Shown here in pieces: positions 24,504 through 35,136 of a stretch of DNA of 64,000 nucleotides; the stretch's first letter is position 1; every line of letters begins with the position of its first letter. The notes under the pieces are model-generated. The model made no database searches. It was not told where the DNA came from and saw only the letters and a program-made list of their open reading frames with translations. The stretch covers positions 735,370 through 799,369 of the forward strand of contig MU008175.1 in the NCBI GenBank assembly GCA_010909165.1, written 5' to 3'. The stretch is from Anthoceros angustus. Its lineage: Eukaryota > Plantae > Anthocerotophyta. The position numbers were made by a program, and so were the translations under genes.

Positions 24504-25385
24504 AGGGACGCAGAAAACGGGAGCTTCGGTTCTATTCAGTTTTGTCCCCGAGCAATGATCTTCTGCCTCTTGCCGGATTTGTTGATGCCTCCAGAATGAA
24601 GCGATATTATCGTGTGCTTCACAAGAGGATCCAGCTAGCTGCAATTCGAGAGGGATTTCTGCATCATGAGATGCCAGGATACGTAGTCATCCAGTCTGTG
24701 TCATTCTGATGATCTCCGTGTTGAAGAGTTCAGACCTGTCTGAACAGAGGAGAAGGGGTATGAACAGCCACAGGATCCGAGGCTATGCTCACCAACGCCT
24801 GTCATTCGCACCATCACTCAGCCGTGCCACCTCTCCCGCAACATCAGGTTCCACAAACAGAACAACAGCTTCCTCCCTGCCCTCTAACCAAGCTTTGCAC
24901 CGGTGAAATGGGCTTAGAGCGTGCCTAGAGGGTATCATTGACAGCTAAGATCCAACAAATTCAATGACGGCGAGGATGCAACGACGGGGGAGTGACACAT
25001 TTGTCTACAGCCTCATATGCTGCGAAAATATGTAACAGATGATATATATATGATACTCATACCTGTACGAAGTGTACACACATCGAAGATGAAGAAAACA
25101 CCAACGACGAAATGGCACACCTTATGCGAGACCATGACGTGGTTCAGTCTAATTACGGAGGCGAACGATTTGTTTCGTTGAGGGATGAGGTGAACACCAA
25201 GGACGTTTGTATAAGGTGATCACGCAATGCACCTTCGTAGACACTGCAAACGAAGATGATCCCGCGTACCCAGACAAGTGGAAAGAGACGTTCATGTGCC
25301 ACTCACCTCACAGTGTTAGGTCATAGTAAAACTGACTGCCGGCACACTGACTTGGAACACGTCTCATCGTCAGTTTTCTTCATTC

Positions 25386-28265
25386 TCATGGTCGACCCTT
25401 ACAACTGCAAGAACCAGCTGCGAATCGATGCACACGGTATCCATCCCTTACAACAATCTCTCTCTTTTCAACTCTTGACAGAATCTCAGTGGAACTGTGG
25501 CAGTCACTGCACATGCGCAAATTCTTCGTAACCAGCAGAGGTGTGCCACTCGGTGTGTTCAAGAGACCAAACGCCAGAGCTAACTTCTCAGCATGGCCGC
25601 AAAGCACATCGTTCTTTTCCTTCTCAGACAGTGGCTTCAACACCAACTTTGTTTGTGGTAAGTGGCCCCCTTCCTCCTTCAGACGTACATTCAAGCTCTC
25701 TAAGTTGCGCGAAATATCATCTCTGTTTTCTCCTACCACAAATGTATGTACTTGCTCCTTTACCTCTATGCCTGCCACTGCAGGTTTCTTGTTAGCTCCT
25801 GCTACCATTCGGTGTGTTTCAATCCTTTCTACATCTGCCCACCTACCCGCATCTGCATAGACATTGGCCATGAGCACATATGCAGATGTCCGCTGAGGGT
25901 CCACTCTAACAAGACTTTCGAAAGACCGCTTTGCCCTCTCTATATCCCCGTGACTTCTGCAGGCATTTAGCAGAGATGTCAACCCCACAACATCATTCTG
26001 GCTCTCGCAGGACAATAGCATGTTCTCTGCCTCATCTAAACGGCCTGCTCGTCCAAGAAGATCCACCATGCAAGTGTAATGCTCAACAGTGGGTGTGATG
26101 CCATGATGTTCAACCATAGCATCAAAGAGCTGGAGACCCTCATTCACCAGTCCCTCATGACTGCAGGCTACTAAAAGGCAAGCAAAAGTGGTATCATCAG
26201 GTCGAACACCAGCGAGTAACATCTCCTCAAAACAAGCTAGAGCATTGTGACCAGCATCACAAGTACCACACCCAGCTATCAGGGCATTCCATGTCACTAC
26301 ATCCTTTGTAGCCAAACTGTCGAAGACCCGGCGTGCATCTCGCAGTTCACCACATTTGCCATACATGTCCACCAGGGAGCTGCCAACAGCCAAGTTATCT
26401 AGCAGTCCTCTTTCCACAATCTGTGAATGCAGCTGCCTGCCCTTCTGTAACGCACCAGCACTTGCACAGGCCTTCAGAAGGCAAGAAAAAGTAACAGAGT
26501 CCGCCAGGATCAGGCCCTCCCGCTCCATTTGCCTATACAGAACGAGAGCCTCTTGACAGAGACCTTGCTGTGTATACCCAGCAAGCAGGGCCGTCCATGT
26601 CACCACATCCTTTGTGGACAAGCTGTCAAAAACCCTGCGTGCGTCTTCCAGTTCACCACATTTGGCATACATGTCCACCAGGCAGTTGCCCACCAGTATG
26701 TCACTTTGAAGCAGTCCAGTTTCAACAATCTGTGAGTGCAGCTTCCTGCCCTCTTGCAAGGCCCCAGTGCTTGCACACGCCTTCAGAAGGCAAGTAAAAG
26801 TAAAATGGTTAGCAAAAATCAGGCCCTCCTGCTCCAGTTGTCCATAAAGAAGAAGCGCTTCTTGACAAAGCCCCTGCTGTACATAACCAGCTATAAGGGC
26901 AGTGCATGACACCACATCCTTCATGGCTAAGCTGTCAAAAACCCTGCGTGCTTCATCTAGTTCACCGCATTTTGCATACATGTCCACAAGGCAGTTGCCC
27001 ACCAGTATATCACTTTGTAGCTGTCCTCTTTCCATAATCTGTGAATGCAGCTGCTTGCCCTCTTGCAAGGCGCCAACGGTTGCACAGGCCTTCAGGAGGC
27101 AGGCAAAAGTAACACGGTCAGCGAGAATCAGGCCATCTTGCTCCATCTGTCTATACAGAACAAGCGCCTCCCAACCAAGCCCAAGATTTGCATACCCACC
27201 GATCAGGGAGTTCCATGTCACAACATTTTTTGTGACCAAGCTGTCAAAGACCCGGCGCGCATCTACCATTTCCCCACATTTGGCATACATATCCACCAGG
27301 CAGCTACCAACAAACAAGTTAGGAGGAATACCACTGTGCAGCACATCAGAGTGCACTTTTCTTCCAGATTCCAAGTCTGCGGCAAATGCACAAGCTTGGA
27401 GGGCAGCTACAAAGACGTGAGCATCCGCCTGCACACCTAAGCTACGCATCTCATGGTACAGCCGTATGGCCTCATTAGGTTTCCCATGTTTAGCATGTGC
27501 GGAGATTATGGAGAACCACATGAAGGCATTCGGTTCGCCCACCCTGGTAAACACATCCATGGCCTCTTGTAACATACCCCCACATGCGTACATGCGCAAG
27601 ATATGGTTCCCCAAGTATGTATCGGACTCGTACCCAAGTTTGACAGCGAGATCATGGACTCGTCGACCCGTAACCAGATCCTTCTTAGCTGCACAGGTTT
27701 TCAACACAATATAAAGCAGAGACTGAGAAATAGGACAAAATGTCTGCGCCAGAAATTCCAAGACACCAACGGCCTCAGGAAGCTTCCCCTGCTGGCATAA
27801 ACTCCGCACGGTCACAGACGTTGCGCCTAATTCCCATCCTGCATGCGTGCCAGGCCCAGACTTCTTCGGCAAGCTCGACTGGGAAATAGAGGCACCATGC
27901 ATCAGCTTCATATCCAAAGCATCCAGCTGCTCATCCACCCAAGCTGGCTTGGAAAGGTTTTGTAACCAGAGGACCTCGCCGGATCCCTTACGCCGGAAGT
28001 CGGGCGAATGGGGGCTCTTCTTGTCGAGCCTGATATCCCACCACATAGAAGGGTCCAGAAAAAATTGTCGCCACAAGAGCTCCTGCTTCCGGTGACCACC
28101 ATCGCTGAAAAATCCATCCCTAGCCGCATACTTCGTCGGAAGTGTTGGCCTACTTAGAGTACCTACAGCGGCGATGTGAGCCGAGGATGACCTGCTGCGG
28201 CTGCACCATCCCAACCGGCGCGCCAACAAGCCGAAAAGAAGTCGATTCCTCGGTCCATTTGCCAT
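25386..28265 (-). CDS. PLS-class PPR protein with E and DYW:KP (GRP-type) domain, a putative U-to-C organellar RNA-editing factor, carrying an N-terminal PDF motif
   Basis: Intronless ORF with its first ATG at 28265 (the ORF track starts at GTG 28283). It has P-L-S triplets, then KKPAVAGIEV, LKEEGGHLPQTKLVLKPLSEKEK..LCGHAEKLALAFGLLNTP..LLVTKNLRMCSDCH and a terminal SCSCKGRP. Confidence 0.93.
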   Translation of the reverse strand: MANGPRNRLLFGLLARRLGWCSRSRSSSAHIAAVGTLSRPTLPTKYAARDGFFSDGGHRKQELLWRQFFLDPSMWWDIRLDKKSPHSPDFRRKGSGEVLWLQNLSKPAWVDEQLDALDMKLMHGASISQSSLPKKSGPGTHAGWELGATSVTVRSLCQQGKLPEAVGVLEFLAQTFCPISQSLLYIVLKTCAAKKDLVTGRRVHDLAVKLGYESDTYLGNHILRMYACGGMLQEAMDVFTRVGEPNAFMWFSIISAHAKHGKPNEAIRLYHEMRSLGVQADAHVFVAALQACAFAADLESGRKVHSDVLHSGIPPNLFVGSCLVDMYAKCGEMVDARRVFDSLVTKNVVTWNSLIGGYANLGLGWEALVLYRQMEQDGLILADRVTFACLLKACATVGALQEGKQLHSQIMERGQLQSDILVGNCLVDMYAKCGELDEARRVFDSLAMKDVVSCTALIAGYVQQGLCQEALLLYGQLEQEGLIFANHFTFTCLLKACASTGALQEGRKLHSQIVETGLLQSDILVGNCLVDMYAKCGELEDARRVFDSLSTKDVVTWTALLAGYTQQGLCQEALVLYRQMEREGLILADSVTFSCLLKACASAGALQKGRQLHSQIVERGLLDNLAVGSSLVDMYGKCGELRDARRVFDSLATKDVVTWNALIAGCGTCDAGHNALACFEEMLLAGVRPDDTTFACLLVACSHEGLVNEGLQLFDAMVEHHGITPTVEHYTCMVDLLGRAGRLDEAENMLLSCESQNDVVGLTSLLNACRSHGDIERAKRSFESLVRVDPQRTSAYVLMANVYADAGRWADVERIETHRMVAGANKKPAVAGIEVKEQVHTFVVGENRDDISRNLESLNVRLKEEGGHLPQTKLVLKPLSEKEKNDVLCGHAEKLALAFGLLNTPSGTPLLVTKNLRMCSDCHSSTEILSRVEKREIVVRDGYRVHRFAAGSCSCKGRP

Positions 28266-28684
28266 ACACGGCTTGGTTGGCACCGGGTAGCAAGGTTGAA
28301 GAAGGATGGCGTGTCTCTCATTGCATGCAATTTCCAGCAGCCAGCTGCTTCTGCATGAACGGCATCCGGAGTTGGCCGTCTTCCAGCGAGGGCGCTGGTG
28401 AACCTAACCTGCAAGTCAAACTCCCGCTTTCGCCTGGCCGCTGCACCCCGCTACAGCGTTTCCCGCCTCCTCGTGCGTCGCACATCTTTCAATGCCCGGC
28501 ACAGCAGGGAGGAGGGCAACTCTCGGGCGTACAATTGCTGTGGCCATTGCATCACAAGCAGCCCCGCCAAAGCAACTACGGCGAGTTCCTCGTTCCACGA
28601 CCGCTTGCCTTGTATGAGACATGGAGAACATACATACATATGATGTTATGTAGGCATTGCTTCGTAAATGGCATTGGGATCATC

Positions 28685-31600
28685 TCACAACAGACCCGCA
28701 CCTTTCTCTCGAAGGTTATGGGGAGTCGGATCCCATCTAGGACAAACGGTCGCCAGCTTCTCGTTGTGAGAAACGCCTGCCAGTGCCGGTAAAGAGTGGA
28801 TGCGTGCCTCATATCCTCCCTTCTTCATGGTGGGAAAGACCTGGTGTATCAACTGAGGATGCTTCTCATCAACGGAAAAACTGTGCACCAGCCCGTCTGC
28901 ATCAGTCCACCAGCTCTGACCTGGCTGCTTCCATGCCTTGATTCTTTTCCTCGTTGCGTCCAAGTGGTGTGCCTGTTCCCACATCTGGGCACCGGTGTAA
29001 ATGTTGATCATCAACACATATGCTGCGGCATCTGCCTGCGCTAGCTTCACTGCTTCATGGAAAGCATGGCGTCCAACCTCCACGTTACTCCACTTTCGAC
29101 AGGCAGCCAAAAGGGTGTGCCACACTGCAGCATTGGGCACAGTGGGCATTGATCTTACAAAAGCTAGTGCCTCATCCAGTTGTCCTGCACGACCCAGGAG
29201 ATCTACCATGCATGTGTAGTGGTCCTGTGTGGGAGTTATGCCGTGATCGCTGCTCATAGCCTCAAAGTAGTCCCACCCCTCCGTCACTAGGCCCGCATGA
29301 CTGCATACTGTTAGTACACTGAGGAATGTGATGCTGTTGGGCTGTGTGCCATCTTCCTTCATCCTTCGGACCAAGTCGAAGACCACATCACTCTGTCCTT
29401 GGGAGCTGTAGCCTGCAATCAGCGCACTCCAGGCGACAACGTTTGGTCGGAACAAGGCGTCAAACACTTGCTGGGCATCAACCATGCTGCCGCACTTGCA
29501 GTACATGTGAATCAAACTGCCAGCTACAAATGAATCCGCTTGAAGCTCTTGTTCCACGATCTGCACATGTAGCTGTCTTCCCAAATGCAAAGCTGCCACA
29601 TCTGCACATGCCTGAAGGAGGGACACGAATGTGACGGAATCGGGTACGGCGATGCCTTCTTGTTGCATCGCGCTGTAAAGACGAAGGGCTTCCTGGCCCA
29701 TGCCCTGCTGGGAATATCCTGCTATCATGGCAGTCCAGGTCACCACATTTTTGTGACCGAGTCCGTCAAACACTCTGTGAGCATCCTCCAAGTTCCCGCA
29801 CTTAGCGTACATGTTCACCAAACTGCTGGCTACAAACACATCAGCTTCGTGTCCTTGTTCTCTGATGTGTGCGTGCAGCTGTTTGCCCTTGTCCAATGCC
29901 GGGGTGCCGACACTTGCACATGCCTGCAGGAGACAGACAAATGTCACGGAATCGGGCACAGCGATATTTTCCTCTTGCATGGCACTGTACAGGCACAGGG
30001 CTTCCTGCCCCATGCCTTGCTGAGAATATCCTGCGATCATGGTAGTCCACATCACAACGCTTTTACAATCAAGTTCATCAAACACTCTCTGAGCATCAAC
30101 CAAGCTACCGCACTTGGCATACATATTCACCAGACTGTTGGCCACAAACACATCAGCTTGATGGCCCTGTTCCGTTAGGAGCACATGAAAATGCTTCCCC
30201 GTCTCCAACGCCGGGGCGCCCACACTTGCACATGCCTGCAGAAGGCACACAAATGTGATAGAATCGGGTGCAACGGTGCCATCAGCTTGCATAGCAAGAT
30301 AGAGACGAAGGGCTTCCCGCCCCCTGCCCTGCTGGGAATAGCCTGCAAGCATGGCGTTCCATGTCACCACATCTTTCTGCCTGAGTCCTGCAAACACCCT
30401 GTGAGCATCCTCCAAGTTCCGCACTTAGCGTACATGTTCACCAAACTGCTGGCTACAAACACATCAGCTCAAAGTCCTTGTTCTCTGATGTGTGCGTGCA
30501 GCTGTTTGCCCTTGTCCAATGCCGGGTGCCGACACTTGCACATGCCTGCAGGAGACAGACAAATGTCGTTTAAATCAAGTACAAAGCGATATTTTCCTCT
30601 TGCATGGCACTGTACAGGCACAGGGCTTCCTGCCCCATGCCTTGCTGAGAATATCCTGCGATCATGGTAGTCCACATCACAACGCTTTTACAATCAAGTT
30701 CATCAAACACTCTCTGAGCATCAACCAAGCTACCGCACTTGGCATACATATTCACCAGACTGTTGGCCACAAACACATCAGCTTGATGGCCCTGTTCCGT
30801 TAGGAGCACATGAAAATGCTTCCCCGTCTCCAACGCCGGGGCGCCCACACTTGCACATGCCTGCAGAAGGCACACAAATGTGATAGAATCGGGTGCAACG
30901 GTGCCATCAGCTTGCATAGCAAGATAGAGACGAAGGGCTTCCCGCCCCCTGCCCTGCTGGGAATAGCCTGCAAGCATGGCGTTCCATGTCACCACATCTT
31001 TCTGCCCGAGTCCTGCAAACACCCTGTGAGCATCATGTAAGCTACCACACTTGGCGTACATGTCCACCAAGCAGTTACATACGAACAAATCAGGGCGGAG
31101 TCCAGTGGCCAACAGATGAGCGTGCACCTGCTGCCCCGATTCCAAGTCTGCGGCCCTTGCACAAGCCTGAAGCGCTGCCACAAACACATGTCCATCCGGC
31201 TTCACGCCGGTACCGGACCTGCGCATCCGATGATAGAGCTGGATAGCCTGAGCGTCCCGACCGAGTTTAACATGCGCAGAAATGATGGCAGACCAGGTGA
31301 AGGCGTCCGGCTTAGCAACCCCTTCAAACACATCCATCGCATCTTGCAACCTGCCATGAGAAGCATACATCCGCAGGATATGGTTGGCCAGGAACGTATC
31401 CGACTCGTACCCCATTCTCACCGTGAAAGCATGCACCCGGCGACCCAGAACAAGATCCTTCTTGGCCACACATCCCTTCAACACGGTGTAACACAGAGAT
31501 TTGGAAACAGTGTGAGCAGGAGCACGGTCCGTGTGCACCACAAGTTCCAAAGCCTCAACAGCCTCAGCCACACGGCCCTGCCCACATAGCTTGCTCAGGG

Positions 31601-31883
31601 ATTCAGCCGTCACGCCCCTACGGTCAGTTGCTGCAGGCCTGCTCCGGATCCGCCACTGAGCATCCCTGAAGGCTGCACAGAATGCGCACTTTCTCCTTCT
31701 CCACCCAGATGCACTGCACTGTCTTCCAAAACGCTGGCTATCCCTTGGTAAACAGCCTCGGCCTCGGCTCCGTCGTCTTCTCCAAAAGTCGGAGCTGAAG
31801 CTAACCCACCACCCCGATGTTGGCTCCACCAAACCAATCCCTACCATGAATCCCCCCTCTTGACCTTCCCCTTTTCTATGCAT
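28685..31883 (-). pseudogene. Second PLS-class PPR gene with E domain and degenerate WW-type DYW remnant, frameshifted within an internal duplication
   Basis: ORFs 30570-31883 and 28685-30424 encode PLS motifs. The C-terminus is KQPGQSWWTDADGLVHSFSV...HNEKLA, after which the frame no longer reaches a CxxC. The frameshifts lie at about 30410-30590 and could be assembly errors. Confidence 0.75.
29768..31034. repeat. Near-identical tandem duplication with a 624/625-bp period inside the PPR gene
   Basis: For example, CACATGAAAATGCTTCCCC occurs at 30182 and 30807. The copies are identical over several hundred bp, and the differences cluster at 30410-30590. Confidence 0.92.
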
Positions 31884-32397
31884 GCGTCAAATCGGCAATG
31901 CTGAATTCACATAGCCATCTCATGGCTCATGGCTCCTGCCTCCTAGGGGGGAGTTCCATGTACTACTATTGCTGCCTGCCTGTTGTGTATTTGCTTGACA
32001 AAATCTTGTCCAAAATGTTAGAGGCAGTTTGTTCGGTTCCCTCTCTGCACGCTAGCTTGTTCCACAGAACCTGAAGCCTCTCTTCTCTGATTTACTGCCC
32101 AGCTCCTTGGAGGTCTTTCCGCTGGACATTTCATGCCACTGTCCAATGCTGAGCTGTGCCGTGCTGTGCTGAGGAATAAAGCGATTAGTAGGTATTCGTG
32201 TTAAAAGAAGGAAGAAAGGCAGGGAGGAAGGAGGAGAGAAAATGTTGTTGGTCTAGAAGGCTTCACCTATTGAACACTGAACTGGACGTCACGTGTAGTG
32301 ACGAGTCATCTACCTACCCTTACCCTACTACCTACAGACTAGGGACGTCGAATGCCTGCTTGGTATAGATCATGTGTTGCAGACAGGGCTACCTAGT

Positions 32398-35136
32398 CTA
32401 TCCACGCTGCAATCCGGTGTCCGTGGAGCCTGAGGTAGCGGCGGCTGCGCCAAAGCCCCTGGATTTGGATTTGCGGAAGTTTTGCAGCTCGATGAGATCG
32501 GAGGAGTCGAGCGGGTCGAGGCCGGAGCCGGCAGATCCGGAGCAGTCCTGCACCTGCGCGGCGTACTGCAGATTCCACAGGGCGTCCTCCATGGAGGGGC
32601 GGGCGGCGGGGTCCTCGCTAAGGCACTTGGAGGCGATGTCCAGCACGGTGGCCAGGGACTCGGGGACGTAGGAGCCCGCGATGGCGAAGTCGATGAGGTC
32701 CATGGTCGGGCCCTGCTCGTCCAGCATCAGCATGTTGAGCTCGGGGATGTTAGGGCTGTCGGCGGTGGGGTTCTCGATGAGCGGCGGCCTCCCCAGCACT
32801 ATCTCCAGCAGAATGAGCCCGAAGTTGTACACATCCAGCTTGTCGGCGCGCTGCCGCTGCTGCTGCTGATGGCGGTAGAGGTCCAGGTTGAGGTGGCCCC
32901 CGGTGCGCCGCGCCAGGGCCGCGGCAGCGTCCATCTCTCCACTCCCCGGCAGCGGCAGTCCGAAGTCGCTCACCTTGGCCACGAGGTGCTGGTCGAGCAG
33001 CACGTTGTGGATCTTGATGCCGTTCTTCATGCCCCCGCCCCGGGACAGCAGCCCGGGGCCGGAGTGCAGGTACTGCAACCCTCGCCCCGCCCCGACCACG
33101 GCGTGCAGGCGCTCGGCCCACGACAGCGGCTCCTCTCCGCCCTTTCCCCGCGTCAGATGGCTCCGCAGCGTCCCGTTGCTGACCAGCTCCGACACCAGCA
33201 GCAGCCGCCGCCTCCCCGCCTCCGCCTCGCTCTCAACGCAGTACCCTAGGAGGGACACGAGGTTGTGGTGGCGGAGCTTGGCCAGCCCCGACAGCCGCAC
33301 CCGGAGCTCGGGCACGTCCGAGGTCGGGTCGAGGGGGACGCATTTCACGGCCACGGGAGTCCCGTCGTCCAGGCGGCCTCTGTATACCTTCCCGCGCTTG
33401 CCGACTCCCAGCAGGTTCCCGCGGTGGAAGCCGTTGGTGGCGCGCTCCAGCTGCTCCAGAGAGTACACTCTGTTGTCGGAGAAGGAGAGCACCCCGAGCT
33501 TGGTGGAGAGGCTGATGAACCTGGCCTTGGAGAGGAAGTCGGATGGCACGCCCCTTCCGCTCCCGCTCCCCACGGCCAGTGACAGGCTCCCGGTTGTGGA
33601 GCTCTGCTCCACCGAGGTGCTGTCAGTCCCCGCCCGCCGGGACTTCCCGGACAGGCCGCCGTCCAGAAACTTCCTGGTGCACAGCACCACCAGCACCAGC
33701 AGCGCGGCGACGAGCCCGACCGCGCCCCCGGCCACCCCGGCGATGAGCGCGACGTGGTCTTTGCCCCCGCGCCCGGCCGGCCTCATCGCGCCGAAGCCCG
33801 ACGCCACCTCCCGCTCGCAGAAGGCCGGTGCGTTCTGCGGCTGGGAGGTGGCGAATAATCCCGTATCGCTCGCGTTGGCGTCGAAGCAGTTGTATGAGAA
33901 GGTGAAAGTGCGGGAGGCGTCGGACTGCAGCAGTGCCGGTGGGAGGGCACCGGTGAAGAAGTTGTAGGAGATGTCCAGCGTCGCCAGTCCCGGGCGCAGG
34001 GAGAGGTCCCTCGGGAGGGCTCCCGAGAAGTGGTTGTTTTGGAGGAGCAGGGACACGAGGGCCGGGAGGGAGAAGAGGGAGGCCGGCAGGGAGCCGGAGA
34101 AGTTGTTGAAGGACAGGTCCAGCGTGGCCAGCGCCGGGAAGGCCTGCGGGAACAGGGAGGGAGGCAGGGCGCCGGCGAAGGCGTTCCCGGCCAGGGCCAG
34201 GGACGCCAGGGAGGAAGGGAGCAGCAGCGGGAAGTCCGGGCCGAGCGCGCTGAAACTGAGGTCGAGGAGGCGGAGGTTGGCGAGGCGGCGCAGGGAGGGG
34301 ACGGGGCCGCGCCAGGCGTTGCCGCCGAGCGCCAGGGACTCGAGGGAGGGCATGGAGGCGAGCGCGCGGGGGAAGGGGCCCGACAGCTGGTTGGCGTCCA
34401 GGAAGAGGTTGCGGAGGTTGGGGAGGCCGGAGAAGGTGTCCGGGACGGAGCCGGACAAGAGGTTGTCGGAGAGGGAGAGCGTGAGGAGGGTGGCGTTGAG
34501 CGGGGTGCTGGACAGGTCCGGGACGACGCCGGAGAGCGCGTTGTGGCTCAGGTCCAGGGCCTGGAGGTTGGCGAGGCGGCCCCAGCGGGATGGCACGGAG
34601 CCGTTGATGAGGTTGGAGGAGAAGGTGAGCACCTCCAGGCTCTCCAGCCGGTTGAGCCTGCCGAGGTCCTCCAGCGGGCCCCAGATGCCCGCGAACGTGA
34701 GCGCCAGCGTGCGCAGCCCTTGCAGCACCGTGAGCGAGTCCGCCAGCTCCACCATGGAGAAGGAGGCGGACAGGGACAAGCTCTCCTCCTTGCTCAGCTT
34801 CTGGTTCAGGGACGCGCGCTGCTCCGCCGTGGCCACCCACGCCTTGTCCCCCACCACCTGCAGCTCCGTCAGGCTGCCCCCGGCGCACGCCAGCACCAGC
34901 ACGGCGCCTTGGCCCGAGCCCCCCTGCCCGCTGCTGCAGAAGTCCGTGTTGACGTTCCAGTCGGCCATGGCGGACGGGTACTCCAGCAGCCTCTGTATGT
35001 CCAGCAGCGCGCTCACTTGCTCCGCCGGGAGCTGCTCCGCCGCAGCGCATGGCAGCAGCAGCAGCAGCAGCACAAAGGATAGCAGCCGCATCCCATATGC
35101 CATCGCCGTCGGCATTTCCTCCACGCCCACGGTCAT
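32398..35136 (-). CDS. LRR receptor-like kinase, LRR-VI type probable pseudokinase, intronless
   Basis: Signal peptide (MRLLSFVLLLLLLPCAAA), LRRNT (LLDIQRLLEYP...WNVNTDFC), LxLSxNxLSG repeats and a TM helix. The kinase has VAVK and DFG but lacks HRD (MKNGIKIHNVLLD). The first in-frame ATG is at 35136, and the true start may be 35103 or 35091. Confidence 0.9.
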   Translation of the reverse strand: MTVGVEEMPTAMAYGMRLLSFVLLLLLLPCAAAEQLPAEQVSALLDIQRLLEYPSAMADWNVNTDFCSSGQGGSGQGAVLVLACAGGSLTELQVVGDKAWVATAEQRASLNQKLSKEESLSLSASFSMVELADSLTVLQGLRTLALTFAGIWGPLEDLGRLNRLESLEVLTFSSNLINGSVPSRWGRLANLQALDLSHNALSGVVPDLSSTPLNATLLTLSLSDNLLSGSVPDTFSGLPNLRNLFLDANQLSGPFPRALASMPSLESLALGGNAWRGPVPSLRRLANLRLLDLSFSALGPDFPLLLPSSLASLALAGNAFAGALPPSLFPQAFPALATLDLSFNNFSGSLPASLFSLPALVSLLLQNNHFSGALPRDLSLRPGLATLDISYNFFTGALPPALLQSDASRTFTFSYNCFDANASDTGLFATSQPQNAPAFCEREVASGFGAMRPAGRGGKDHVALIAGVAGGAVGLVAALLVLVVLCTRKFLDGGLSGKSRRAGTDSTSVEQSSTTGSLSLAVGSGSGRGVPSDFLSKARFISLSTKLGVLSFSDNRVYSLEQLERATNGFHRGNLLGVGKRGKVYRGRLDDGTPVAVKCVPLDPTSDVPELRVRLSGLAKLRHHNLVSLLGYCVESEAEAGRRRLLLVSELVSNGTLRSHLTRGKGGEEPLSWAERLHAVVGAGRGLQYLHSGPGLLSRGGGMKNGIKIHNVLLDQHLVAKVSDFGLPLPGSGEMDAAAALARRTGGHLNLDLYRHQQQQRQRADKLDVYNFGLILLEIVLGRPPLIENPTADSPNIPELNMLMLDEQGPTMDLIDFAIAGSYVPESLATVLDIASKCLSEDPAARPSMEDALWNLQYAAQVQDCSGSAGSGLDPLDSSDLIELQNFRKSKSRGFGAAAATSGSTDTGLQRG

